Assembly (NCBI GenBank): GCA_963813025.1
Contig: CAWEXO010000011.1
Span: forward strand, 955,927-1,019,926
DNA from: an uncultured Verrucomicrobiae bacterium
Lineage (GTDB): Bacteria; Verrucomicrobiota; Verrucomicrobiia; Chthoniobacterales; JAFAMB01
Direction of reading: 5' to 3'
DNA: 64,000 bases
This document shows, in pieces, positions 1-10,111 of the stretch (position 1 is its first letter; every line of letters begins with the position of its first letter). The notes under the pieces are model-generated. The model was not told where the DNA came from and searched no databases. It saw nothing but the letters and a program-made list of their open reading frames with translations. Both the position numbers and the translations under genes were made by a program.

Positions 1-414
1 AAATCTTTAGAAGCGGAAATCCTTCGTTCGGTGCGCAGCACGCCGATTCAGGTTGTCGTCGAACAAACTTCGGGCAGTGAACTGTGGATCGACGAAGGTC
101 GCATGACTAGATGTCTGGCCAACCTCGTCAAGAATTCAGTCGACGCTCTCAAAGACCGCGGCCGGATCGCGCTGTCGTTTGCTGAGCATGGAGAGCAGTT
201 ATTGATCTCGGTCGCGGACAACGGTCCTGGAATTCCCGAAGAAATCCGGCCCCGTATTTTCGAACCGTTCGTCACGTTCGATAAAAAGGGAGGCACCGGT
301 CTTGGCCTTTCGATTGCCCGCTCCTGCGTAGAGGCACATCGCGGAAAGATTTGGCTGGGGAGTGAGTTGGGGAAAGGGACCACCTTTTACGTGCTGATAC
401 CGCAGCGGGCGTGA
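1..414 (+). CDS. Sensor histidine kinase, C-terminal HATPase domain (5'-truncated by window)
   Basis: Frame open from base 1; N box NLVKNSVDA, G1 DNGPG, F box IFEPF, G2 GGTGLGL. Confidence 0.9.
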   Translation, partial: KSLEAEILRSVRSTPIQVVVEQTSGSELWIDEGRMTRCLANLVKNSVDALKDRGRIALSFAEHGEQLLISVADNGPGIPEEIRPRIFEPFVTFDKKGGTGLGLSIARSCVEAHRGKIWLGSELGKGTTFYVLIPQRA

Positions 415-420
415 AGCGGA

Positions 421-578
421 TCGGCGTACTGCGTGTCGGCGTACTGCGTAGCGCGGACGGCGTCGTCCGTATCCGGGAGGTGGGGCGCGCGCCTCACCCG
501 AAGGCGGAATAACACTCCGCGCGGATCCTTAAGCGGCGACAAGTCGCGCGAACTCCGCGAAAAGCGGTAAGCCGACAC
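421..578. repeat. Composite REP-like hairpin element
   Basis: Direct repeat TCGGCGTACTGCGT at 421-434 and 436-449; GTAG at 448 followed by hairpin CGGACG-gcgt-CGTCCG (454-469); inverted pair GTGTCGGCGTAC (433-444) / GTAAGCCGACAC (567-578). Confidence 0.6.
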
Positions 579-591
579 TCCACGACTCACC

Positions 592-609
592 TTGTGAAAT
601 ATTTCACAA
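592..609. promoter_or_regulatory. Rex operator (NADH/NAD+-sensing repressor site)
   Basis: Perfect palindrome TTGTGAA-ATAT-TTCACAA matching the Rex consensus TTGTGAA-N4-TTCACAA, about 60 nt upstream of nuoD. Confidence 0.8.
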
Positions 610-670
610 TATTACCTTGCGAGCGGAATTGAGAGGAACCTATCTTGCCAAGGACTCTCTGCTTTCTGCC

Positions 671-1924
671 ATGCCTACCTCTACGCACGAGATCGAGACG
701 CCCGACACGCTTGGACAAACGGCGAAGTCGCTCGAAGCGATCGAGGACGCGGAGTTTCTTGGCGAAAAGCTCACAATCAACATGGGTCCGTCCCATCCTG
801 CGACCCACGGCGTATTGCGCATAGTGCTTGAGCTCGACGGTGAAATCATTACCAAGGCGACGCCGGATGTGGGCTATCTCCATCGAGGCGATGAAAAGAT
901 CGCGGAAAACATGCAGTACAACCAATTCGTGCCCTATACCGATCGGCTCGATTATCTTGCGCCGCTGGCAAATAACGTGGCCTACACTCTGGCCGTCGAG
1001 AAGTTGATGGGTTGGGAGCTGCCGCCACGAGGCAAAGCGATCCGGGTGATTTGTTGCGAGATCGCGCGCATCTCCGCGCATCTGCTTGGTTTGGGCGCCT
1101 TTGCGATGGACGTAGGCGCCACGACAGTCTTCCTTTATACCTTTACCGAGCGCGAAAAGCTCTACAATCTCATCGAGTTGCTCACCGGAGCACGGTTCAC
1201 GACATCCTATACGCGAGTAGGCGGTCAAATCAGGGACCTGCCGGAAACTTTCGTCCCCAGCCTGACCAAGTTTTTAAACGACTTTATCCCGCAACTCGAT
1301 GAGATTGACCGGCTTTTGACGCGGAATCGGATCTGGGTCGACCGGACGCGGAATCTCGGCATTATCTCCAAGGAGGACGCCATCGCCTACGGCTTAACCG
1401 GTCCCAATCTGCGGGCCAGCGGCGTCGATTACGATGTGCGAAAAGCTCATCCTTACCTCGATTACCAGAACTATGACTTCGATCTGCCGGTGGGAACGGT
1501 GGGCGACGCCTATGATCGTTATCTGGTCCGAATCGAAGAGATGCGCCAAAGCGTAAAGATTCTCCGGCAGGTGGTCGAAAAGTTACCGAGCGGCCCAATA
1601 GCGGTGGCGGATCCCAAGAATCTGCCTCCGCGCAAGCCTGACGTGTTAATGAAAATGGAGGAGTTGATCCATCATTTCATTATCCACACCGAAGGTGTGG
1701 ACGCTCCGCCGGGCGAAATCTATTTCGGTGCGGAAAACCCAAAAGGTGAGCTGGGATTTTATATCAATAGCAAAGGGGGCGGGGTGCCTCACCGGCTGAA
1801 GATTCGTGGCCCGTCCTTTGTGAATTTGAGTATCCTGCCGAAAATCCTGCCGGGTCATATGATGAGTGACGTGGTTGCTATCCTGGGAAGCTTGGATTTT
1901 GTGATGGGCGAGTCGGACCGTTAG
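671..1924 (+). CDS. nuoD: NADH-quinone oxidoreductase subunit D
   Basis: NMGPSHPATHGVLR, GYLHRG, DRLDY, ENPKGELG, C-terminal GSLDFVMGESDR; ATG at 671 preferred over TTG at 617. Confidence 0.97.
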   Translation: MPTSTHEIETPDTLGQTAKSLEAIEDAEFLGEKLTINMGPSHPATHGVLRIVLELDGEIITKATPDVGYLHRGDEKIAENMQYNQFVPYTDRLDYLAPLANNVAYTLAVEKLMGWELPPRGKAIRVICCEIARISAHLLGLGAFAMDVGATTVFLYTFTEREKLYNLIELLTGARFTTSYTRVGGQIRDLPETFVPSLTKFLNDFIPQLDEIDRLLTRNRIWVDRTRNLGIISKEDAIAYGLTGPNLRASGVDYDVRKAHPYLDYQNYDFDLPVGTVGDAYDRYLVRIEEMRQSVKILRQVVEKLPSGPIAVADPKNLPPRKPDVLMKMEELIHHFIIHTEGVDAPPGEIYFGAENPKGELGFYINSKGGGVPHRLKIRGPSFVNLSILPKILPGHMMSDVVAILGSLDFVMGESDR

Positions 1925-2218
1925 ATGCGCCTTCATCTGTTGATGACGGGATTTTGCGTTTGCCTGGCCGTGGCCGGGTGCCAGAGGGAGATCGCAAACC
2001 GAAATCTTAAGCAGGTGCGGTTAAACATGTCACCAAAGGAAGTGGAATCCATTCTGGGACAGCCCAATCGAACCGACAAAATTGAGCTGGATCTCGAGAC
2101 GGAAAAGAAAAACATCACCATCACCCGTTACTATTATGAGCAGGATGGGCAGCAAATCGTTCTGCACTTCCAAGCTGGAAAGCTCCTGAACACGCCGGAT
2201 CCACTGCATCGCAACTGA
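1925..2218 (+). CDS. Small lipoprotein, SmpA/BamE-like domain
   Basis: Lipobox LAVAG-C19; motif VRLNMSPKEVESILGQP; starts directly after the nuoD stop and ends 3 nt before nuoE. Confidence 0.75.
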   Translation: MRLHLLMTGFCVCLAVAGCQREIANRNLKQVRLNMSPKEVESILGQPNRTDKIELDLETEKKNITITRYYYEQDGQQIVLHFQAGKLLNTPDPLHRN

Positions 2219-2221
2219 ACC

Positions 2222-2716
2222 ATGGAAATTCCCGCCGAGCTTACCGCGAAAATTGATGAGGCCATCAGCCATTATCCGGTTTCCAAACGCAGCGCCACGT
2301 TGCCCTTGCTGCATTTGCTTCAGGAGCATTTCGGATTTCTCAGCCATGAAGCGATAAATTGGGTCGCCGCCAAGCTGGAGATCGAGCCGATAAACGTGCT
2401 CGAGCTGGTCACCTTTTACCCCATGTTTCGGCAGGAGATGCCGGGGAAGCACCATATCCGCGTCTGCCGAACGCTATCTTGCGCGATGGCCGGCAGCTAC
2501 GATTTAATGGGCGCTTTCTGCCGGCACGCCCAGATCAAACCGGCCGGCTCGAATCATGGTTCGCAGTTGCAGAAGAGTGAGGACGGACGGTACAGCATTG
2601 AGTTTGTCGAATGTCTCGCCAGTTGCGGATTCGGCCCGGTCTGCATGATCAATGACGATTTTTACGAGGCCGTCGCGAACGAACAGGTGCCTGAACTTCT
2701 CCAGAAATATCAGTAG
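2222..2716 (+). CDS. nuoE: NADH-quinone oxidoreductase subunit E
   Basis: VTFYPMF; 2Fe-2S ligands CRTLSC and CLASC. Confidence 0.96.
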   Translation: MEIPAELTAKIDEAISHYPVSKRSATLPLLHLLQEHFGFLSHEAINWVAAKLEIEPINVLELVTFYPMFRQEMPGKHHIRVCRTLSCAMAGSYDLMGAFCRHAQIKPAGSNHGSQLQKSEDGRYSIEFVECLASCGFGPVCMINDDFYEAVANEQVPELLQKYQ

Positions 2717-2718
2717 CC

Positions 2719-4087
2719 ATGGCCCCAGTATTGCGCACACCGCATCCCCGGGAACACCGGATTATTTTCAAGAACATCGATCGGCCCGGATGGATCACCG
2801 ATATCGAATGCTATCTCAAGGAGGGCGGTTACGAAGATCTCAAAAAAGCCCTCGGGATGGCTCCAGCGCAAATCGTTGCCGAAGTAAAAGCTTCCGGCTT
2901 GCGCGGACGAGGCGGCGCCGGTTTTCCCTGCGGCGTGAAATGGGGATTCATTCGTCCGGGCGAGACCAAGCCGGTCTATCTGATTTGCAATGCGGACGAG
3001 TCCGAGCCAGGCACGTTCAAGGACCGCTACATCATTCACCAGGATCCGCACCAGCTCCTCGAGGGGATGATCATCTCCTGTTACGCGGTCAACGCGAAAC
3101 TGGCCTACATCTATATCCGCGGCGAGTTCCCGGAGGGCGCGAAGATCCTGGAGCGAGCCATTCAGGAGGCACGTGCGCACGGCTTTATCGGCCGAAGATC
3201 CTCGGCTCCGGATTCGATCTGGAGATTTACGTGCACCGCGGCGCGGGCGCTTACATTTGCGGGGAAGAGACCGGGCTGATCGAATCGCTGGAAGGCAAGC
3301 GTGCTTATCCGCGGATCAAGCCGCCCTATTTTCCGGCCGTGCTCGGCCTCTACATGTCGCCCACGATCGTCAACAACGTGGAGACGCTCTGCCACGTGAA
3401 GCACATCGTCCGGATGGGCGGTGCCGAATACGCGAAGATCGGGCGCCCGAACAACACCGGCACCCGCATATTGTGCGTGAGCGGCGATGTCCAACGCCAG
3501 GCTATTACGAGGTGGACATCGGGGGCGTGACCATGGGCGAGCTGATCTACGATATCTGCGGCGGTCTGCGTCCCGGGCGCAAGCTAAAAGCGGTGATTCC
3601 CGGCGGCAGTTCGGCCAAAGTTCTGCGAGCGGACGAACGTTTCAAACTGAAGTCCAAAGGGCCGGATGGCGCGGTCATCGAGCGCGAGATTGGCCTTGAG
3701 GATATCCCGATGGATTTCGATTCGCTGGCCGCGGCCGGTTCAATGGCCGGCTCAGGCGGCGTCATCGTGATGGATGATTCGCGCGACATGGTCTGGGTCT
3801 TGAACAACATCAACGAATTCTACGCGCACGAGAGTTGCGGCCAATGCACGCCTTGCCGCGAGGGCTCGCTCTGGATGAAGAAAATCACCGATCGAATGCG
3901 CGATCGCAAGGGGGTAACGCAAGATCCCGCGGTACTGAAAAGCGTCGCTGACAACATTGCGGGCCGCACCATTTGCGCTTTCGGCGAGGCTTGCGCGTGG
4001 CCGACGCAAAGTTTCGTCGAGAAGTTTCAGGAGGAGTTTGCCGAACATACGATTCCGCAGGGGAATGGAAAGGAGTTGGTACCATGA
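2719..4087 (+). CDS. nuoF: NADH-quinone oxidoreductase subunit F (two apparent single-base deletions near 3192 and 3497)
   Basis: SGLRGRGGAGF and NADESEPGTFKDR; GAGAYICGEET; HESCGQCTPCREG, found in three successive frames. Confidence 0.93.
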
Positions 4088-5752
4088 GCGAAGCACCGCC
4101 TCTTTTGAATGTCCAGATTGACGGCGTCTGGCACCAATTCCCGAAGGGCACCCGAGTGATCGAAGCCTGCGCTCAGGCCGGCAAATTTGTTCCGCGCTAC
4201 TGTTACCATCCGAAGCTGAGTTCTCCGGGCAATTGCCGGATGTGCCTGATCGAAATGGGCATGCCAAAGATGGGGCCGGAGCGCAAGCCGGAGCTCGGCC
4301 CGGACGGCAAGCCGGTCATCAACTGGATCCCGCGGCCCCAGATATCCTGCGCGCAGGATGTCGCGGAAGGCATGGGCGTTCGCACCGATTCGCCGATGGT
4401 CCGGGAGTGCCGGAAGGGCGTGATGGAGTTTCTTCTAATCAATCACCCGCTCGATTGCCCGATCTGCGATCAGGCCGGCGAATGCCGACTCCAGGAGTTC
4501 AGCGTCCAGTATGGGACGGGCGGCTCGCGGTTCCTCGAAGAAAAAGTCAAAAAACCGAAACGGGTCGAGCTCGGGCCGCGCGTCACTCTGGACGACGAGC
4601 GCTGCATCCTTTGCTCCCGCTGCATCCGTTTCATGAAGGAGATCGCCAGGACGACGTGCTCGGGTTTGCCAGCGCGGCAGCTACACCTACCTGACTGCTC
4701 ATCCTGGGAAGCGGCTCGACAGCAATTACTCTCTGAATACGGTCGATATCTGTCCGGTCGGCGCGCTCACCAGCACCGATTTCCGCTTCAAGATGCGCGT
4801 CTGGTTTCTGAAGGAGACCAAGAGCATCTGCACCAGCTGCGCCACCGGCTGCAACACGATCATCGGCAGCCGCGAAGACGTCATCTACCGGCAAACGCCG
4901 CGCGAGAACGACAAGGTGAACTCCTGCTGGATGTGCGACTACGGGCGTTTGAATTTTCATTACGTCAACTCGAAAAATCGATTGACCGAACCGCAGGTTC
5001 GTTCGGCGGATGGGCTGGGTCGAGCCAGCTGGGTATCCGCTCTGGCCCGCGTGGTTAATGAACTGAAGCGTTTTCCAGATTCGGAAATCGCCGTGATCGC
5101 TTCCGCCCGGATGACTAACGAGGAACTCTGGTTGGCCAAGCGCCTGGCCGAGGCGCTCAAGACCGGGTTGATCGATATCGTGCCCCGAACCGGCGCAGCG
5201 GACGATCTTCTGCTAAACGCCGATCGCAACCCGAACACAGCCGGCGCGAAACTGTTGGGCGTTACGACGGAGCCTGGGGCGAGGCTTGGAACAATCCTGG
5301 AGCGCGTCCGCGCGGGTCAGATCAAGGCCGTGCTGGCTCTTGGAGAGGATCTTACCGACTGCGGGTTTTCTCCGGAGGACATGGCTCGATTGCCTGTCCT
5401 TATCGCGATGAATTCCTTGTCGAGTATGACCACGACGCATGCTGCGGTGGTTCTGCCGAGCGCTACTTTTGCCGAGAAGCGCGGCACGATGATCAACGCG
5501 ACCGGACGGTTACAGCGGCTGAATCGCGCAATCCGTTCGCCTGGGGAGGCGAGAGATGACTGGGAAATCCTCCGCGATCTGATTCAACAATTGACCGGTT
5601 CGAACGGGATCTATCTGATAGAGGATGTGTTCAAACAAATGGCGGAATCCATCCCGCAATTGCATGGCCTCACCTTGAGCAGAGTGGGCGATCTGGGTTG
5701 CGAGATCCTGAAGCCGAGCACCGCCGAACAACCTGAGGCGGCGCCCGTATGA
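4084..5752 (+). CDS. nuoG: NADH-quinone oxidoreductase subunit G, short form (two apparent deletions near 4650-4675)
   Basis: PRYCYH, GNCRMC, HPLDCPICDQAGEC, RCILCSRC, CTSCATGC; ATGA overlap with nuoF. Confidence 0.93.
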
Positions 5753-6949
5753 ACGACCTCTTTTGGCTCATTGTGCTTTCCCTGATAAAGACCTTGGGCC
5801 TGCTGTTCCTGGTCATTCTTCCCATGGTCTCCTACACCGTTTATGCCGAACGAAGAGTGAGCGCTTTCATTCAGGATCGGGTCGGTCCAAACAGGGTAGG
5901 CATTCCGCTCACTCTGTTCGGTTTCCGCCGCGACATACCATTTTTTGGATTGGTTCAACCAATCGCCGATGCCATGAAACTTCTCCTGAAAGAGGATTTC
6001 ACGCCGGCGCACGTCAATCGCTTTTACTATTGGCTTGCGCCGGCCTGCGCCATGGCGCCGGCGATCATGGCATTGGCCGTGATTCCTTTCGGCAGCAGCC
6101 TGGCCGGGCAACCGATGGTTGTCGCCAACGTAAATATCGGTGTTCTCTGGGTGTTCGCGGTTTCCTCTTTAGGAGTTTACGGCATCGTGCTCGCCGGTTG
6201 GTCGTCCAATTCGAAGTACTCGTTTCTGGGAGGAATCCGTTCCAGCTCGCAGATGATCTCCTATGAGTTGGCTCTGGGCCTGTCGGTAATACCCATTTTC
6301 CTGATCTGCGGCACTCTTAACCTCCGGACATCGTTCAGTTCCAGATCCAGCATGGCTGGCTGATCTCACCGATCTGGATCAAGGGCATAAGTCTGTCTCA
6401 TCCGGATTTCCCGGCGATCTGGCCTCGGTTTTCTCGTGGCAAGCGCTCTGGCGAGTGCTTTTCTGGATTCCGCTTTTCGTCTGTTTCGTAGTCTTCACGG
6501 TGTCTATGTTTGCTGAAACAAACCGGCTTCCCTTTGATTTGCCGGAATCAGAGACCGAATTGGTAGCCGGATATCACACCGAATATTCGTCCATGAAGTT
6601 TGCGCTCTTCTTCCTGGGAGAATATGCCGCGATGATCACGGGATCAGCTGTGATCGTCACGCTCTTTTTCGGTGGCTGGCATGTGCCTTTTTTACCAGCC
6701 GATCCAAATACCTTGCCTTTTTGGGGCGGCATCCTGCTCGGGTTGATTCATATTGCCGCGTTCTTCATCAAGGTAGCGCTGTTGCTTTTCTTCTTTATCT
6801 GGGTCCGGTGGACCCTTCCCCGATTTCGCTACGATCAACTCATGCACCTCGGGTGGTATTTTTTCTTTGAGATAGCGCTGGTCGCGAGCCTGATCGTAGC
6901 GATTCTTCTGGCCCTCAACCCGAGCGCTTTTTCTTTGCCGGCTCACTGA
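5749..6949 (+). CDS. nuoH: NADH-quinone oxidoreductase subunit H (frameshifts near 6325 and 6420-6450)
   Basis: [64 protein letters not shown]. Confidence 0.93.
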
Positions 6950-6959
6950 AAACGCTACC

Positions 6960-7489
6960 ATGTCCTACAAAGTTCCAAGAAAAGAATTGAGCCCGGCCGA
7001 GAAGACCTATCTGCCGGCGGTTTTCACAGGCTTGGGAATTACTATCCGGCACCTGCTGGCAATCGTGACTGGTAAGAAAAAGGTGACAATGCAGTATCCC
7101 GAAGAGAAATGGGATATGTCGCTACCTGCCCATTACCGGGGAGCGCCAACCTGGTGGCCGACGAATACGGACGGGAACGTTGCGTGGCTTGCCAGCTTTG
7201 CGAATTTATCTGTCCGCCTCGCGCAATTACTATCAAGCCCGGAGAGATCCCCAAAGCCGATCGCTGGCGCAAGGTAGAGAAATATCCGGAAGAGTTCGAG
7301 ATCGACATGATCCGCTGCATTTACTGCGGCCTTTGCGAGGAAGTCTGCCCGGAACAGGCGATTTTCCTCCGGAAGGATTACGCCATCACTGGTCTGACCC
7401 GGGCGGAGATGGTGCACGACAAAGCAAAGTTGTATGAACTGGGCGGCGTTATGACCGGGTTAGTGAACAAGTGGAACGAGAAAAAATAA
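6960..7489 (+). CDS. nuoI: NADH-quinone oxidoreductase subunit I (frameshift near 7145)
   Basis: TMQYPEE; two 4Fe-4S motifs CVACQLCEFICP and CIYCGLCEEVCP. Confidence 0.94.
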
Positions 7490-7493
7490 CCTA

Positions 7494-7997
7494 ATGTCTC
7501 CTGTTCTCTTTTGGACCTTTGCCGCGATCATGCTGGGATTCGCGCTGATGGTCGTAATTCATCGCAACCCGGTGGCCAGCGCACTCAGTCTCGTGGTTAG
7601 TTTTCTCGGTCTGGCGGTGATGTTCGTTTCGCTGGATGCCTATTTTATCGGCGTCATCCAGATCCTGGTTTATGCCGGGGCGGTCATGGTGCTTTTTCTT
7701 TTTATTATCATGCTGCTCGATCTCAAGGCGGAGAACCGGCGGCAACTCAACCTCCCAGCGCTCTTCGGCGGAGTGATCGTGATCGCGCTTTTCGTAAAAA
7801 TCCTTTTCGACGTGGCCTATAAATTTCAATCGGGCCGGGCCGTCTTTCCGCCAATCGATGTTTCCCGGCATCCAGACGTCTGGAGCATCGGAATGACCTT
7901 ATTCCAGGAATACAACATTCCTTTCCAGGTAGTGGGTGCCCTGGTCATGGTGGCATCGATCGGGGTCGTCTTGCTGAGCAAACGTGAACTGCGCTAA
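7494..7997 (+). CDS. nuoJ: NADH-quinone oxidoreductase subunit J
   Basis: QILVYAGAVMVLFLFIIMLL; operon position. Confidence 0.95.
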   Translation: MSPVLFWTFAAIMLGFALMVVIHRNPVASALSLVVSFLGLAVMFVSLDAYFIGVIQILVYAGAVMVLFLFIIMLLDLKAENRRQLNLPALFGGVIVIALFVKILFDVAYKFQSGRAVFPPIDVSRHPDVWSIGMTLFQEYNIPFQVVGALVMVASIGVVLLSKRELR

Positions 7998-8000
7998 GAA

Positions 8001-8318
8001 ATGGTTACTCTGAACGACTACCTGCTGGTGAGTGGACTGCTGTTCGCCATCGGGTTTGGCGGCGTTCTTTTGCGGCGCAATATCATCATCATTTTTATGG
8101 CACTGGAGCTGATGCTCAATGCCGCGAACCTGTCGTTGGTTGGCTTTTCGCGATTCGACGTCCGGAACGGTTTGCCGCATTACGGCGCGCAGGTTCTGGT
8201 ATTCTTTATCATTACCGTGGCGGCCGCTGAAGTAGCGGTGGGGCTGGCGATTATCGTGGCCCTTTATCGAGCCAAGCAAACAACCCACGTCGAGGATATC
8301 ACGAGTTTGAAATTCTGA
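8001..8318 (+). CDS. nuoK: NADH-quinone oxidoreductase subunit K
   Basis: [21 protein letters not shown]. Confidence 0.96.
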   Translation: MVTLNDYLLVSGLLFAIGFGGVLLRRNIIIIFMALELMLNAANLSLVGFSRFDVRNGLPHYGAQVLVFFIITVAAAEVAVGLAIIVALYRAKQTTHVEDITSLKF

Positions 8319-10111
8319 TGAATTCCGCACCCTGGATCGTTCTTTTCCCGCCGCTGGTTGCCGCGACCCTGATTGTCCTGTTCACCCAGCGCTCCAAAGC
8401 AGTCAGCTCTTTCCTTTCCGTCGCGGCGGTTGCCGTATCGTTTCTCGCGGCAGTCGTCGTTTTTCGCCAACCAGACGGCGTGGCCAGTATCGATTGGATC
8501 AATCTCGGAGCCTTTCAGGTCAGAATGGGTTATAAAATCGACGAGATCAGCCGAATGATGCTGCTGGTTGTGACCGGCGTCGGTCTGCTTATCCATATCT
8601 ACTCCCTGGGGTACATGCGGGACGATAGCGGCCGATCCCGTTACTTCGCTGGATTGTCGCTCTTCATGTTCTCCATGTTAGGAATCGTGCTCGCGAACAA
8701 TTTTATCATGATGTTCATCTTCTGGGAGCTGGTCGGCGTTAGTTCCTATATCTTGATTGGGCATTGGTTCGAACGGAACTCCGCGGCCGATGCGGCAAAC
8801 AAAGCGTTCCTGGTTAACCGGATCGGCGACTTTGGGTTCATGCTCGGAATCCTGATGGCCTGGTTGCCCACAGGCACCGTGATGTTCGATGAACTGGGCG
8901 CCAAATGGGCCAATATCGGACTACACCCCGCTTACCTGACGGTCACCGCGCTGCTCATTTTTTGCGGAGCCGTCGGGAAATCGGCGCAATTCCCGCTCCA
9001 TGTGTGGTTGCCGGACGCAATGGAAGGTCCTACTCCAGTCTCTGCTTTAATCCACGCGGCAACCATGGTTGCCGCGGGCGTTTACATGCTCGCCCGAGTC
9101 TTTTTTATCTTCGCGCCGGCGCCACCCGCGCTTGCGGTGGTCCTCTGGATCGGCTTGTTCACCTCGCTGCTGGCGGCCCTGATGGCAACGCAGCAGGACG
9201 ACATCAAGCGGGTGCTCGCCTACTCCACACTTTCTCAGTTGGGTTTGATGATCGCCGCGATCGGGCTTTCGGTGCCCGCTGCCGGCTTATTCCATCTCTT
9301 CACGCACGCCGCTTTCAAAGCGCTCCTCTTCCTTGGCGCCGGCTCAGTCATTCATTGTTTACACCACGAACAAGATATTTGGCATATGGGCGGCTTACAA
9401 AAGAAAATGCCCGTCACGTTCTGGACTTTTCTGGTCGGCACCTTGGCGCTCTGCGGATGCCCGCCTTTTGCCGGATTTTTCAGCAAGGACGGTATCGTCG
9501 CGGCGGGTTTTCAGCATAATCCCGCAGCGGCGATCATGGTGGCGATCATTTCGTTCTTCACCGCTTTTTATATGTTCCGCCTGTTCATGGTCGCTTTCCT
9601 CGGATCGCAGCGTTCTCCAGCGGCCGAGCATGCTCATGAGTCGCCGCTGGTGATGACAATTCCTTTGCTCATCTTGGCGATACCGAGTGTCATTGCCGGT
9701 TTTCCGGCCATCGCGAACCGGTTTATTCACGTACCGGAGCACGAGGGAAGTTCGGCGATCACTGCCATTACGCTTTCGTTGTCTGTTTTCGTGCTTGGCA
9801 CCCTGGCCGCGGTGGTTCTTTACCGGAACAAGGCCAAAGACCCGATTGAAATCCCGCTCTTTGCGAACCGGTTTTACATCGACCAGTTTTATCAATCCCT
9901 GGTCAAGTGGACCCAGGATCTTTTGGCCGGCGTCGCTGCTTTCATCGACCGCTGGATCATTGATGGAGGAATTGTCCGTGGGTTAGGCGGTGCTACCTGG
10001 GGGACTGGGTTTGCCCTCCGATTTTTGCAGGTGGGAAATCTGCAGGCCTACGTGTTTTTGTTCGGGTTCGGAGTCGTGATTCTTCTTTACTGGATTCTTT
10101 TCACCCCATGA
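8318..10111 (+). CDS. nuoL: NADH-quinone oxidoreductase subunit L
   Basis: KSAQFPLHVWLPDAMEGPTPVSALIHAATMV, AYSTLSQLG. Confidence 0.97.
   Translation: MNSAPWIVLFPPLVAATLIVLFTQRSKAVSSFLSVAAVAVSFLAAVVVFRQPDGVASIDWINLGAFQVRMGYKIDEISRMMLLVVTGVGLLIHIYSLGYMRDDSGRSRYFAGLSLFMFSMLGIVLANNFIMMFIFWELVGVSSYILIGHWFERNSAADAANKAFLVNRIGDFGFMLGILMAWLPTGTVMFDELGAKWANIGLHPAYLTVTALLIFCGAVGKSAQFPLHVWLPDAMEGPTPVSALIHAATMVAAGVYMLARVFFIFAPAPPALAVVLWIGLFTSLLAALMATQQDDIKRVLAYSTLSQLGLMIAAIGLSVPAAGLFHLFTHAAFKALLFLGAGSVIHCLHHEQDIWHMGGLQKKMPVTFWTFLVGTLALCGCPPFAGFFSKDGIVAAGFQHNPAAAIMVAIISFFTAFYMFRLFMVAFLGSQRSPAAEHAHESPLVMTIPLLILAIPSVIAGFPAIANRFIHVPEHEGSSAITAITLSLSVFVLGTLAAVVLYRNKAKDPIEIPLFANRFYIDQFYQSLVKWTQDLLAGVAAFIDRWIIDGGIVRGLGGATWGTGFALRFLQVGNLQAYVFLFGFGVVILLYWILFTP

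Noticed and set aside
2719..7489. Programmed ribosomal frameshifting in nuoF-I
   Set aside because: There are many scattered shifts with no consistent slippery motif; sequence error explains them more simply.
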